Below, in pieces: positions 10,053-19,529 of a stretch of 64,000 nt of DNA (the first letter of the stretch is position 1; the number at the start of each line of letters is the position of its first letter). The stretch covers positions 5,634 through 69,633 of the forward strand of contig CBESWG010000006.1 of assembly GCA_965533275.1 (NCBI GenBank), written 5' to 3'. The position numbers were made by a program, and so were the translations under genes. Under the pieces are notes generated by a model. It searched no databases. It saw only the letters and a program-made list of their open reading frames with translations, and was not told where the DNA came from. The DNA comes from an uncultured bacterium. Lineage in GTDB: Bacteria > Acidobacteriota > Aminicenantia > Aminicenantales > Aminicenantaceae.

Positions 10053-10202
10053 AGCTTCCGGCTCTAATGGAGCCTGCTTCTTTTTCCGAGCTGTCGACTG
10101 AAAGAAAAATCCTCTGTAAAATATCCGGCCAATGTCATATCCTATATTCTCGAGAAAAGCCATATTTATAACCCTAAGAGGATTTATCAGGAGGCAGCCC
10201 AC

Positions 10203-11732
10203 ATGAAAACAAAATATCCGAGCAAGATATCGTGTTGTGCGGCTTTATCCCTATTGATGTTCGTAGCAGCTTTGTTTACAGGCTGTGAACGCGGTTCTCT
10301 CTCCTCCGATCTTCCTGAGAAGATCACGGTCATGCAGTCCTCCGTATCACTCGGAGATCCTCATATCTGCAGCGACTCGGGAAACCGGCTGAGTCTCATA
10401 TTCACCGTATATGAAGCCCTCGTCAGACTGGACAACGAAGGAAACTACCGAGCCTCCCTGGCGAAAAGCTGGGATGTTGCGGAAGACAGGCGCACCTGGA
10501 CATTCAGCCTCCGCAGCGGAGTGAAATTCCACAACGGCGATGTTTTGGATGCTGAAGACGTGGTGGCCACTCTGGGGCGGGTATTGGACCCGGCGATCGG
10601 TGGGGCCTTTGGTACCCAAGGCGTCTACCTAAGCTATCTCGAAACCGCCGAGATCTCTGCACCCGATAACATGAGCGTGCTGATAAAGACCGAAGAGCCC
10701 ATGGCCGATCTCCTGGATCTCCTGGTCGCCATGCCCATCAGCCCCGAGAGCGAGCTGGACAAGCTGCCCCATGAGTATGTGGGGAGTGGGCCCTATCAGA
10801 TCGCGGAACAGAACGAAAAGGAGACGATCCTCAAGGCACATGATGAATATTGGGGAAAGCCGCCAGCCTATAGAGAGATACGCTGGATAGCGGAGAGCAC
10901 CGCAGAGAAACGTGTGCAAAGTTTGCTGAACGGACAGGCGGACATCATCTCAGGGATCAGCGTTAAGGATGCTGAAAAGATAAAGCAACGTGAGGGGGCT
11001 GCGGTCCATGATCTTGAGAGCGGCTTGTGCATCATCTTCATGTGCAACTCCCAGAAGGGGCCTTTAATGGACCGGCGTGTCCGGCAGGCATTGAACTATG
11101 CTCTGGACATAGACAAGATCATCAAGGAAATCAAGCAGGGAGCCGCAACACCCCTGAACGGGTACCTTACAGCCCATCACTTTGGTTACAATCCGGAGAC
11201 ACAGCCCTATCCTTATGACCCGGAGAAGGCCCGCAGCCTCCTTTCCGAGGCTGGATACAGCGAAGGATTGGAGCTCGTCTTCGATATCCCAGCGGCCATG
11301 CCCGACGAAGCGCCGCAGCTGGCACAAAAAATGAGGGAACAATTCAGCCAGGTGGGGATCACCCTGGACATCGTCGAGCATCAGGACAGGGCTGCTTACT
11401 CGGAGATGGTCAGAGAGAAGAACATCAACGACGCATGCTGTTTTGACTCGAGTCCACGAAGTACCTATCGAGTGCTGCGCGAGAAACTCCAGTCGACCCT
11501 GGAGGGCCCCTGGTGGCAGGGATACGAAAACGCAGAGGTGAATGCCCTGATCAAACAGGCCGAGGCGACTTTCGATAACACGGAGAGACAGAAGATCTAT
11601 CGGCAGATCTACACGATCGTCCGGGACGATGCGCCTTGGATATTTCTTTACCGGCCAACACGCTACTACGGTGTCAATTCGACCATGAAGGATTGGGCAC
11701 TCAGAACGGACGGCCTGCTTATTTTTGACTAG
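10203..11732 (+). CDS. ABC transporter substrate-binding protein, family 5 (peptide/nickel/opine type), lipoprotein; orphan, with no permease or ATPase adjacent
   Basis: 509 aa with a lipobox FTGC. It carries the SBP_bac_5-type signature region ...LAKSWDVAEDRRTWTFSLRSGVKFHNGDVLDAEDVV. Confidence 0.85.
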   Translation: MKTKYPSKISCCAALSLLMFVAALFTGCERGSLSSDLPEKITVMQSSVSLGDPHICSDSGNRLSLIFTVYEALVRLDNEGNYRASLAKSWDVAEDRRTWTFSLRSGVKFHNGDVLDAEDVVATLGRVLDPAIGGAFGTQGVYLSYLETAEISAPDNMSVLIKTEEPMADLLDLLVAMPISPESELDKLPHEYVGSGPYQIAEQNEKETILKAHDEYWGKPPAYREIRWIAESTAEKRVQSLLNGQADIISGISVKDAEKIKQREGAAVHDLESGLCIIFMCNSQKGPLMDRRVRQALNYALDIDKIIKEIKQGAATPLNGYLTAHHFGYNPETQPYPYDPEKARSLLSEAGYSEGLELVFDIPAAMPDEAPQLAQKMREQFSQVGITLDIVEHQDRAAYSEMVREKNINDACCFDSSPRSTYRVLREKLQSTLEGPWWQGYENAEVNALIKQAEATFDNTERQKIYRQIYTIVRDDAPWIFLYRPTRYYGVNSTMKDWALRTDGLLIFD

Positions 11733-11735
11733 CGA

Positions 11736-14666
11736 TTATTTGTCCCTAGAAATATCAATCGAGGGAAGGAAATTCCCCATGGCCCAAACCTCGTGCCGAT
11801 ACTCAAAACAATCGAAGGCGATGCGTTTTCCGTCGGGGTGGACATCCAGGGAGCTCCACAGCACGCCATACATCATCGGCTGGGGGCGACACAGCTCGCT
11901 CGCCTCCCCTCCTCCTGCAGGAATACGCCACACAGCACTTGGGCGTCCTTGTATATGAGAGTTGCTAAAGAGCAAGAACTGTCCATCCGGAGTCCAATCG
12001 ATCAGGGGATACTGTTTAAGATCTTCGTTCCTGAGCAGTTCCTTGAGCTCCCCCCCCTGTACTGGCATGGTCAAGATATGGTGGACCATACGCATCGGGG
12101 AGTCCCACCGCTCAAAAGTGGCCAGGGCCAGCTGTTGCCCATCTGGCGAAAGGGCAAAGTTCAGGCCTTGGGCGCCCATGGCATTTTCCATGCTGAACAA
12201 GTTCTTTTCCTGATTAGTTTCCATATTCCTGGCCAATAGGCTAGCCTTCCGTGTGCCAGGTTGGAACGCAACATATAACAAAGTTCCGCCATCCTGAGAC
12301 AGCTGCGCAGCACCCAACATAGTAGAATCACTCTGCACAAGGGCCACGCACGCACCTGAATCCACATCCAGGCTGAAAACGGCCTGGGATTTCCTGGCTT
12401 GTAGAGTCGAAATGAGAATAGATTTCCCATCGGATGACCACCGCAGCGAGAAAAAATATGGCAGTTCGGGATCGATTTCGCGCTCCTGGCCCGTTTCCGT
12501 GTCTCGGATATGGATTGTCTGAGAATCATCAGGCCTCTGAATGCCATACGCCAGGTATCGGCCATCAGGCGACCAGGCAGGAGTTACATCCGTTCCTGTT
12601 TGGCCAATGATCTGAGGTTTCGACAACAGCTCGCCTGCCTTCATGTCCACTTCGGCCACAACGGTCTCTATGGTGCTGAATTCAACCGCATAGTAAAAAG
12701 TGCCGTCCCGTGTGATTCCTTTCGGCCGGATCTTGGCGGGGATGTCGCGTTTGATGAGTTCCGGTGCCCCCGACCGCTTACCGTCGGCCACGGGCAGAAG
12801 GTAGGCATCAGAAGTATCCGAAGTGGAGAACGCTCCTGAATAACCCCGTTTGCGGTCACTGGAAAAAAGGAGGTATTTGTTGTCTGGCGTCCAGCCAAAC
12901 AATCTGTCATTAGCGCCATGCCGAACCACATGTTCCGTCTTTTGATTATTTAGATCGAGAATATAAATGTCTCTGTTTTCAGGTTTTCCCTCCTGATGCA
13001 GGTCATATGCGAAGTAGCGTCCATCCGGTGATATCGCCCTCCCCCTTGACCTGCCATTCCAGATAAAATCGAAAACATGGATCACCTGCATGGAGCCGTC
13101 TTCGATAGAGAAGGAAACCAGCTGATCTTGTTCGCCATCCCAAAACCCGCACAGGATCTGTTTCCCATCCGATATCCATGCATGTATCTTGACCTGTTCA
13201 CCTTGTTCAAAGCGATGAAGAGTCCGGTGTCCCGTTCCATCCAGGTTGATCAATTGGAGCTCTGTCTCTGGGGAAGGATAGAACTGGTTCATGTAGGCGA
13301 CAAGCTGGCTGTCGGGAGATATAACAAGGCCCCACATGCCGGCCCTGGAAACTTTGGTCAGCGGTCGGAACTCACCTGTCTCCAGGTCACAAACGACCAT
13401 CTCCGCGATGGTTAATTCGGGCGTCGGCCGGATGTCGCACATGTAGCGCCCGTCCAGAGAAGGCGGCCCCGAGAAGTCGGACATGGGGCCTGTTTTCGCC
13501 CTTCTCAACGAGATGCTGGGTTCAGACTCTGGCAAATAAGAGCTTTGCCTCCCTTCCCCGATGGCAAAAGAAAAAGACACGAAACTCACGGCCAGAATCA
13601 GGAAAACGGCCAGAGGTGACCACTGATAAGAGCTCGTTTTAAATTGGGAGATCATGGTGATCCTCCTTTTTAGCTGTGATTTATTCTCCAATATTCCCGC
13701 CATGGCCGGCAACGGTCGCGACTGGGAGAAGCGGCGCAAGAGCCCGACTATGACTTGTCCATACTCCTGTGATTTTTCTTTTCCCGTCCGTGAAAGGACC
13801 AAAGCATCACAGGAAAGCTCCCGGTCGGCCCGCATTCGGTAGAATGCAAACCAGACCAGGGGGTTGAACCAGTGTAGAATTTGCAGCAGGCTGATCATCC
13901 ATCCCACGTAAATGTCATGGCGTTTGAGGTGGGCCAGCTCATGGAGAAAGACATACTGCAACTCTTCTTGGCTGGCGACCTCGAGCATATCCATCGGCAG
14001 GAGAAGCCGGGGACGGATGAAGCCAAACAGAGCCGGGCTCTTGATCTGGGTGCTGGGTACAAGGCCAACGATCGTCTTGACTCCCATCCGCTCCTTGCAC
14101 TCCTCAAAAAGCTCCAGGGTCTTCTGGGTGAGTAACAGGCGCTCGCGCCTTACGATCCGCCAGAGGAAGAAGTTACTCAGGAGTATATACACACCGATCG
14201 CCAAGGCTCCGGCCAACCAAACAAAAGGCAGTATGCGGCGGAGAGAAGACACCCATGGTTTGGATTTGTTACCAACCTTGGAAAGAATCCCTGGTTTCGA
14301 AACTGATTGCTCCTGCGGTCCGGCAGTCTGCTCCGATCTTGGAAGGCGTTTAGATTCTGCCCTATCGGTTACCTGAGAAGCGAGGAGGGCTTCCTGCCCG
14401 TCAGCACCAACAGAAGCTTGCTGCTCCTGGAACGGCCGATCCAATGAGGGGACAAGGCTGAGAAGATTTACCTGGTTCGGAAAAACGCCGGGCATGACCA
14501 ATCGCAGAACTAGCACAAGCCACAGGGCATGACACCAGCGGGGGCCCAGCTTGCTGCCCAGAATTTTCTGTGCCACAAGAATTAGGCATATGACCAAGCT
14601 TGCGCTCAGGGTCGCCTGCAGGAGCCAGCCAAAAAATGGCTGAAAAGACGTGATTGAAGCTTCCAT
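11736..14666 (-). CDS. BlaR1/MecR1-like M56 peptidase signal transducer fused to a TolB-like (PD40) beta-propeller sensor domain
   Basis: 976 aa. The N-terminal TM helices and the HELAHLKRHD zinc motif match the M56 family. The C-terminal ~600 aa contain at least 8 repeats of the [WS]xPDGxx[LI]A[FY] type: ISPDSQLVAY, ISPDGRYFAY, WTPDNKYLLF, WSPDGRYLAY, WSSDGKSILI, LSPDGQQLAL, WTPDGQFLLF, VHPDGKRIAF. Confidence 0.85.
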   Translation of the reverse strand: MEASITSFQPFFGWLLQATLSASLVICLILVAQKILGSKLGPRWCHALWLVLVLRLVMPGVFPNQVNLLSLVPSLDRPFQEQQASVGADGQEALLASQVTDRAESKRLPRSEQTAGPQEQSVSKPGILSKVGNKSKPWVSSLRRILPFVWLAGALAIGVYILLSNFFLWRIVRRERLLLTQKTLELFEECKERMGVKTIVGLVPSTQIKSPALFGFIRPRLLLPMDMLEVASQEELQYVFLHELAHLKRHDIYVGWMISLLQILHWFNPLVWFAFYRMRADRELSCDALVLSRTGKEKSQEYGQVIVGLLRRFSQSRPLPAMAGILENKSQLKRRITMISQFKTSSYQWSPLAVFLILAVSFVSFSFAIGEGRQSSYLPESEPSISLRRAKTGPMSDFSGPPSLDGRYMCDIRPTPELTIAEMVVCDLETGEFRPLTKVSRAGMWGLVISPDSQLVAYMNQFYPSPETELQLINLDGTGHRTLHRFEQGEQVKIHAWISDGKQILCGFWDGEQDQLVSFSIEDGSMQVIHVFDFIWNGRSRGRAISPDGRYFAYDLHQEGKPENRDIYILDLNNQKTEHVVRHGANDRLFGWTPDNKYLLFSSDRKRGYSGAFSTSDTSDAYLLPVADGKRSGAPELIKRDIPAKIRPKGITRDGTFYYAVEFSTIETVVAEVDMKAGELLSKPQIIGQTGTDVTPAWSPDGRYLAYGIQRPDDSQTIHIRDTETGQEREIDPELPYFFSLRWSSDGKSILISTLQARKSQAVFSLDVDSGACVALVQSDSTMLGAAQLSQDGGTLLYVAFQPGTRKASLLARNMETNQEKNLFSMENAMGAQGLNFALSPDGQQLALATFERWDSPMRMVHHILTMPVQGGELKELLRNEDLKQYPLIDWTPDGQFLLFSNSHIQGRPSAVWRIPAGGGEASELCRPQPMMYGVLWSSLDVHPDGKRIAFDCFEYRHEVWAMGNFLPSIDISRDK

Positions 14667-14668
14667 AT

Positions 14669-15049
14669 TTATTCCCCCTTTTTCTTATCCAGGATCTCCT
14701 GCAGATCTTCTATTTCCTGGGCTGAGAGGTCCGCGTCCTCGAGGAAGGCAGCGAGGGCAGGCGTCTTCGCTCCCTGGTAAACTCGGCGAACAAAAGATTT
14801 TGTCTCGGACTGTATACATTCAGACTCATTGACCGCCGCAGAATAGCGATACCTGTAGCCCTCCTCCGTGATTTGGACGGCGCCTTTTTTCACGAGTCTG
14901 CTGATCAGAGTCTTGATCGTTCTGGGATTCCACTCCACCTCGTCAGAAAGAGCCTCAACAACATCATTTGCTAGCTGAGGGCCGTGTTCCCAAAGCACCT
15001 GCATCACCCTCCACTCTGAATCGCTTATCTTTGGAAGCTTCTTTTTCAT
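14669..15049 (-). CDS. BlaI/MecI/CopY-family transcriptional repressor (penicillinase repressor fold)
   Basis: 126 aa with a winged-helix N-terminus, SDSEWRVMQVLWEHGPQLANDVVEAL. It ends 2 nt before the BlaR1-like gene starts. Confidence 0.85.
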   Translation of the reverse strand: MKKKLPKISDSEWRVMQVLWEHGPQLANDVVEALSDEVEWNPRTIKTLISRLVKKGAVQITEEGYRYRYSAAVNESECIQSETKSFVRRVYQGAKTPALAAFLEDADLSAQEIEDLQEILDKKKGE

Positions 15050-15064
15050 GCTCTCTCCCTCTTG

Positions 15065-15108
15065 ATTACATTTGTAGTCGCGTTAACAAAATATTACGCT
15101 TGTAGTCG
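15065..15108 (-). promoter_or_regulatory. Two 16-bp direct copies of a TACA-N-TGTA-like box upstream of the blaI-like gene; putative autoregulatory operator
   Basis: ATTACATTTGTAGTCG at 15065-15080 and ATTACGCTTGTAGTCG at 15093-15108. The first contains TACA..TGTA, as in BlaI/MecI operators. Confidence 0.4.
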
Positions 15109-15300
15109 TTTGTCAAGGAAAATTCTGAAATTATTTTAAATAAGTGTGAAACATTCATCCCAAATGATTGATTTTGATGGCTTTATGCCATAGACCCATG
15201 CGATCTATGGGGGCTTTGGGCATGGGATATCCCCGGCTGAGCTTCAAAAAATGGCCCGAGCGGAATCCGGCCAAAGTGACCTGGATCTGAGCCGACAGGT

Positions 15301-15738
15301 TCAATACAGGATGTTCTTGAAGTCGAAGGGTGTAGTTCTGTACGTATCCCAGATCTTCCGGGCTTCTTCGTCCGCCCATTTTTCAAACCCCAGCTTCTTC
15401 ATCATGCAGAGCTGATACATCTTGGTGTTGTGCGGATAATGGGCTTTATCTGCGTAGGGCTGGAACCGCTCGCAGGGGAATTCGTCACATTCATGGCAGA
15501 ATTCCACGTTTTTCCCGGCCGCGCAAGTGAAGATCCTGCATTGCACATCCGGATTCAACACTTTGATCCTGCCCTCCTGGGCTCTGCATCCTTCACAGGC
15601 CGCCTTATCCTCAGGGACATTGAGAGCTTCGGACACCCGTTTCCTGATCTCCGGGTTCGACGATGCCATGTATGCCGGACAGTGAAAACAGGGCAGCCCG
15701 CAGGGCGAGGTTAATTGTTTTGCGGTGTTTGTATCCAT
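15301..15738 (-). CDS. Cys-rich small protein, DUF3795-like (putative metal/Fe-S binding)
   Basis: 145 aa with more than 10 Cys in CxxC-type spacing (CGLPCFHCPAY, CEGC, CHECDEFPC). Confidence 0.55.
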   Translation of the reverse strand: MDTNTAKQLTSPCGLPCFHCPAYMASSNPEIRKRVSEALNVPEDKAACEGCRAQEGRIKVLNPDVQCRIFTCAAGKNVEFCHECDEFPCERFQPYADKAHYPHNTKMYQLCMMKKLGFEKWADEEARKIWDTYRTTPFDFKNILY

Positions 15739-15815
15739 CTTTGCTCCGATCGTGAATCAAAGGGTAGAGTCATAGTAGCATATGCAGCACCAGAGTCAAT
15801 TCAGGTTTCTGGACC

Positions 15816-16802
15816 TTATAGCGTTCTCACCAATCGGAATCCTTTATCGATATAGCCGTCGATGCCGTGACCACGTGCTGCCGAGCGGACCCATTTCGCG
15901 CCGGCACTCGTCCAGCCGCCGCTTTTTAGGGTACGGTCATCTATCCTGAGCGAAGAGACTTCGGGTCCCTCGTAATCCGTCACCGTTCCTTTAGGATAGT
16001 CGTCATACCGATCCCAGACCCACTCCCACACGTTCCCGTGCACGTCATAGAGTTTCCAGGGATTGGGCTTCAGGCTGCGCACAGGCCAAGATCGTCCCTT
16101 TTCCATGGGGTTAAACACGGCCACCCTGGCGAGCTTGGGAAGGTCCGAGGCATCGCCTTCGTAGTGGGTTTTCTCTTTGTAGTTTGGCTCACGTATTGAG
16201 AAGGGCCCCGTGGTCCCGGCCCGGGCAAAGTGCTCCCATTCTCCCTCTGTCGGGAGGCGGTAACCATCGGCCGAAAAATCGCAGAAAACAGGACCGGCTT
16301 CGGTAGAGGTTATCGGTGAAGAGAAGGATTCATCCACGTAGTAGCAGCGAGTCAGCCCGTTCTGCAGGGATAAAATGTTAGCAAACAGGATCGCGTCGTA
16401 CCAGCCCACATTCTGGGCCGGATGATCCATTCCTCCGCCGCGCTGGGTGTCCGAGGGATCCGAAGGCAGGCCCGGCTGTTGAGCCTTCAGATCCGCCCAC
16501 ATCTGCCTGGTTAACTCCGTCTCCATGACTGCGAGCGTTCTTGTCAGGATATGAGTGAATGGCACCTCCCTCCAGCTGCCGGGCTCCGTCTCCGGCGATC
16601 CCTGGACAAATCCTTCCGGACCGGTCGCCGGCACGAAGCGCATGTTCCCGACGATCCCGTCTTCGCTGTAGAGCGCCCCAGGCTTGGGAGATTTCGCTGT
16701 GACAGCCCCATGAGGGATCGGTTTCTCCACTGCAAATACGTTGGGCATCACAACCAAAGCTGAGGCAATGAGTACCAAGCCTAGAGATTTCGCTGTGACC
16801 AT
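15816..16802 (-). CDS. Secreted formylglycine-generating-enzyme (FGE-sulfatase/SUMF1) domain protein
   Basis: GYRLPTEGEWEHFARAG and HGNVWEWVWDRY are FGE-domain signatures. The preferred start is the internal ATG at 16802, MVTAKSLGL..., which is preceded by AGGAGG and followed by a signal peptide. The ORF-track start is 16856. Confidence 0.8.
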   Translation of the reverse strand: MVTAKSLGLVLIASALVVMPNVFAVEKPIPHGAVTAKSPKPGALYSEDGIVGNMRFVPATGPEGFVQGSPETEPGSWREVPFTHILTRTLAVMETELTRQMWADLKAQQPGLPSDPSDTQRGGGMDHPAQNVGWYDAILFANILSLQNGLTRCYYVDESFSSPITSTEAGPVFCDFSADGYRLPTEGEWEHFARAGTTGPFSIREPNYKEKTHYEGDASDLPKLARVAVFNPMEKGRSWPVRSLKPNPWKLYDVHGNVWEWVWDRYDDYPKGTVTDYEGPEVSSLRIDDRTLKSGGWTSAGAKWVRSAARGHGIDGYIDKGFRLVRTL

Positions 16803-16822
16803 CCGACCTCCTCTATTGACGA

Positions 16823-16849
16823 CATCTGTCGTATATGATACGACAGATG
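16823..16849. promoter_or_regulatory. Perfect inverted repeat (12-bp arms, 3-bp spacer) directly upstream of the FGE-domain gene RBS, at the boundary of the low-GC island
   Basis: CATCTGTCGTAT-ATG-ATACGACAGATG on the plus strand. It is a candidate operator or transcription stop. Confidence 0.5.
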
Positions 16850-16894
16850 AGGTCAAAAGTCAAGCCCGGGCGCGAGTAAAGGAGGTGATGATGG

Positions 16895-17347
16895 CTATCT
16901 TTTCTTTGTAATATAGACCTCACCCAGTCCTACATATTCATCTCCATTATCCATCGAAACGACAACTTTGACATCATTGGCGGCATTTGGTTTTAACCAG
17001 TTCTCCAAAACCATCAGCTCCTCTAAACTGAATTTTAAGATCAAATTCCCCAGGCTATCTCTTGTCGCACGGATATTCTCTACTGAATCACTTCCGTTAA
17101 AATAGATGAATATGCTGTGGCCATTCGCAGCGTAGGAGGAATATCTCACATCCGTGAGAATCCGTATATCACCCCAGCGTTCGCTCTCGATATTGATGAT
17201 GTTCGGGGAAACATCGATGCCAATGTTGAATTGGGCATCCGTTACTTCGGCACCAACGCTCGTCATGGGGAGAAAGAGAACAAATGCGGACATTCCAATT
17301 AGATATACAGACAGCACCAAGAATTTTTTGAGTCCAACATGATTCAT
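16895..17347 (-). CDS. Hypothetical secreted protein (ORFan, low-GC island)
   Basis: 150 aa with a signal peptide and a beta-rich composition. Local GC is clearly lower than in the flanks. Confidence 0.5.
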   Translation of the reverse strand: MNHVGLKKFLVLSVYLIGMSAFVLFLPMTSVGAEVTDAQFNIGIDVSPNIINIESERWGDIRILTDVRYSSYAANGHSIFIYFNGSDSVENIRATRDSLGNLILKFSLEELMVLENWLKPNAANDVKVVVSMDNGDEYVGLGEVYITKKR

Positions 17348-17507
17348 TTACCGACCTCCGTTAAATTGATTTTTCAATCGGCTAAATGCATCTTATGTGC
17401 CATATTGTATCTAATTGATTGTAATTAAGATAAGATATTTCCAGGCCGTTTTCAGCCATCATAATTGTCTGGAAAACCACAAAAATGTAAGGCGGGAGAT
17501 GGATTTT

Positions 17508-18314
17508 TCAGTTCCAGGCAGTGCCGGACAGGAGATGCCACACATAATATCCTGTCTGCAGGATAAATGTGACAATGCCGGCAGCACCCGGTCTTTTCAG
17601 CAAGAACAGCATCCGGGGTGCGGCGAAAAAAAGCATGAAAAAGATGTAGGTCAGCGCAAAGATCAGGATCTTCCCGCCCATGGCCAATCCGACATAAGGC
17701 TCTGTGTCGGAAAAATAGGCGCTCCAGAATCCGACTGTCGTCAGGATCATGGTATTGACCCCCAGCAGGGCAAAAAGTTCGATCATCCAGGTTGAAAACG
17801 TCCTTTTATTCCGGCTTGGTTTGATCTTTATGATGAGGATGATCAGATATAGAAATGCCAGGATCAACCACAGGATCATTCCTCCCAGCACGGCAGCGGA
17901 GGTTTTGCCTTCTATCGTACCTGACATTCGGCCCAGCAGCTCAAAGAATCCGGCCGCGTCTGCCATCATGTATGTTACGAATATCCCAAAGAATACGCCG
18001 AAAAAGCCCATCCAGCCTTTGCTGTAGCCTGATTTCTGTTCGGCCGGGTCTGGCAGTTTGCGAATGATCACGACCGAAACACAAAAGATCAGATAGATCA
18101 CCCCAACCAGGATCCCGCTGAGCATTGATTTATGAGTGAAGAACTCAGTGAGGCGGGGGAGAAATAGGAGATACAGGATGACGGTCACGACATCCGCTAT
18201 AGCCGGTGCCCCTTTTTCGAGCACAAAACTTTTTATCACTACAGCACAAACATACTTCATCCGATTTGAGCGGTCAAATCGGTTCCTCAGCACAACAATC
18301 CTCTTCGTCTCCAT
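17508..18314 (-). CDS. Hypothetical polytopic membrane protein (ORFan, low-GC island)
   Basis: 268 aa with about 7 hydrophobic helices. The start is uncertain and could be the internal MKYVCAVV. Confidence 0.5.
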   Translation of the reverse strand: METKRIVVLRNRFDRSNRMKYVCAVVIKSFVLEKGAPAIADVVTVILYLLFLPRLTEFFTHKSMLSGILVGVIYLIFCVSVVIIRKLPDPAEQKSGYSKGWMGFFGVFFGIFVTYMMADAAGFFELLGRMSGTIEGKTSAAVLGGMILWLILAFLYLIILIIKIKPSRNKRTFSTWMIELFALLGVNTMILTTVGFWSAYFSDTEPYVGLAMGGKILIFALTYIFFMLFFAAPRMLFLLKRPGAAGIVTFILQTGYYVWHLLSGTAWN

Positions 18315-18363
18315 TCCCCCAAAAGTTGGCGAAGCTTGACGGGATCAGGTCAGAATCATATAG

Positions 18364-18942
18364 TTGCAGCAAAAAATGGGAGGAGGGGAAATGAAAAATC
18401 TCTGGACATCAATAATTATGACAGCGCTTGTATTCTTTGTGTTTTCTGCAGCCCTCACATTAGCATTCGACCAGGAACCTGCTCAGTGTGCCATAGCCGG
18501 GGGCAAGGTTGTGGTGAAAAGCCTTCCCGATAATTGGGAGTTCAACAAGTATGCCGGAGAGAATTCCTGCGCTGTGGAGAAGACAGATTCTCCTGAAAAT
18601 GTCTGCTATCTGAGCGCACAGATGGAGGTTGTGGTTCACCCTCGTCAAAACATCGGGAAAACCGTCAGAGAATGGGCCAATGACGGTGCGATGTACACGA
18701 TCGATGCTAAAAATCCTGAAGTGACGGATGCTGAACTGAGCGGAAAATCAGGGAACAAGCTGACCTACATGATAACCAGTTTCAACTTTGACAAGACAAA
18801 ATCCATCGAGGTCATCAATGAGGAGTATTTTTTTCTTACACCGGATTACGCCTTGAAAATCAATATTCGATACCACGAAGACGAAGCATCCATCGCAGGA
18901 AAAGAAGTGGAAGCGATCCTTTCACAGATCGAAATAAAATAG
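18364..18942 (+). CDS. Hypothetical secreted protein (ORFan, low-GC island)
   Basis: 192 aa. A signal-peptide-like region follows MKNLWTSIIMTALVFFVFSAA. Transcription is divergent from the membrane-protein gene. Confidence 0.5.
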   Translation: MQQKMGGGEMKNLWTSIIMTALVFFVFSAALTLAFDQEPAQCAIAGGKVVVKSLPDNWEFNKYAGENSCAVEKTDSPENVCYLSAQMEVVVHPRQNIGKTVREWANDGAMYTIDAKNPEVTDAELSGKSGNKLTYMITSFNFDKTKSIEVINEEYFFLTPDYALKINIRYHEDEASIAGKEVEAILSQIEIK

Positions 18943-18992
18943 TATAAGGGAATCTGCAGCATCGATTTTTCCTGACAGAAGAGAGAGAGAGA

Positions 18993-19529
18993 ATGCCGAA
19001 ATTGAGATTATTCACAATTGTCTGTCTAGGTTTTTTATTGGTATTTGCCTACGGCTGCAACAAGGCCTCAGAGGAAACTGAAGCGGTAGGAATGAGTGCA
19101 CACGAGCCAGAACAGGCTGAACAAGCGAAAGAGGGGGAAGAAGCCGGTACGCAGGAAGGCGAACGGGGCGAACACGAAGGAGAGGGCCGAGGCGAGCATG
19201 CTGGCGAAGGTGAACACGGAGAAGAGGGCGAAGAAACCGGCCCGCGGCTGGCCAAGGGCGGGACCCACGATGAAGTGCGCAAGGGAGTCCGGCTGATCCT
19301 GGCCTATGACAGCGAATCTTCCTCTTTCGTCGGGACCGTAGAGAACGTCTCTGAAAAGACGGTCTCCAAAGTGCGCATAGAGGTCCACCTCTCCAACGGC
19401 ACAGAACTGGGTCCTACGAATCCGATCGACCTTGCTCCCGGGAAAAAAATCAGCGTAGGACTATCCGCAGAGGGACAGTCGTTTGAATGGTGGAAGGCTC
19501 ACGCAGAAGCGGGTGACTCCGAACATTGA
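18993..19529 (+). CDS. Lipoprotein with a Glu/His/Gly-rich repeat region (putative metal-binding)
   Basis: Lipobox AYGC. The low-complexity stretch is EGEEAGTQEGERGEHEGEGRGEHAGEGEHGEEGEE. A globular C-terminal domain follows. Confidence 0.55.
   Translation: MPKLRLFTIVCLGFLLVFAYGCNKASEETEAVGMSAHEPEQAEQAKEGEEAGTQEGERGEHEGEGRGEHAGEGEHGEEGEETGPRLAKGGTHDEVRKGVRLILAYDSESSSFVGTVENVSEKTVSKVRIEVHLSNGTELGPTNPIDLAPGKKISVGLSAEGQSFEWWKAHAEAGDSEH
19155..19240 (+). repeat. Imperfect tandem coding repeats (GAAGG/GAGGG units) encoding the EGEH-rich region
   Basis: Read directly: gaacacgaaggagagggccgaggcgagcatgctggcgaaggtgaacacggagaagagggcgaagaa. Confidence 0.6.

Noticed and set aside
15155-15386. Small ORFs (74 and 67 aa) between the BlaI-like and DUF3795 genes
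   Set aside because: No RBS or start context and an odd composition. The region is better explained as the shared regulatory region carrying the operator boxes.
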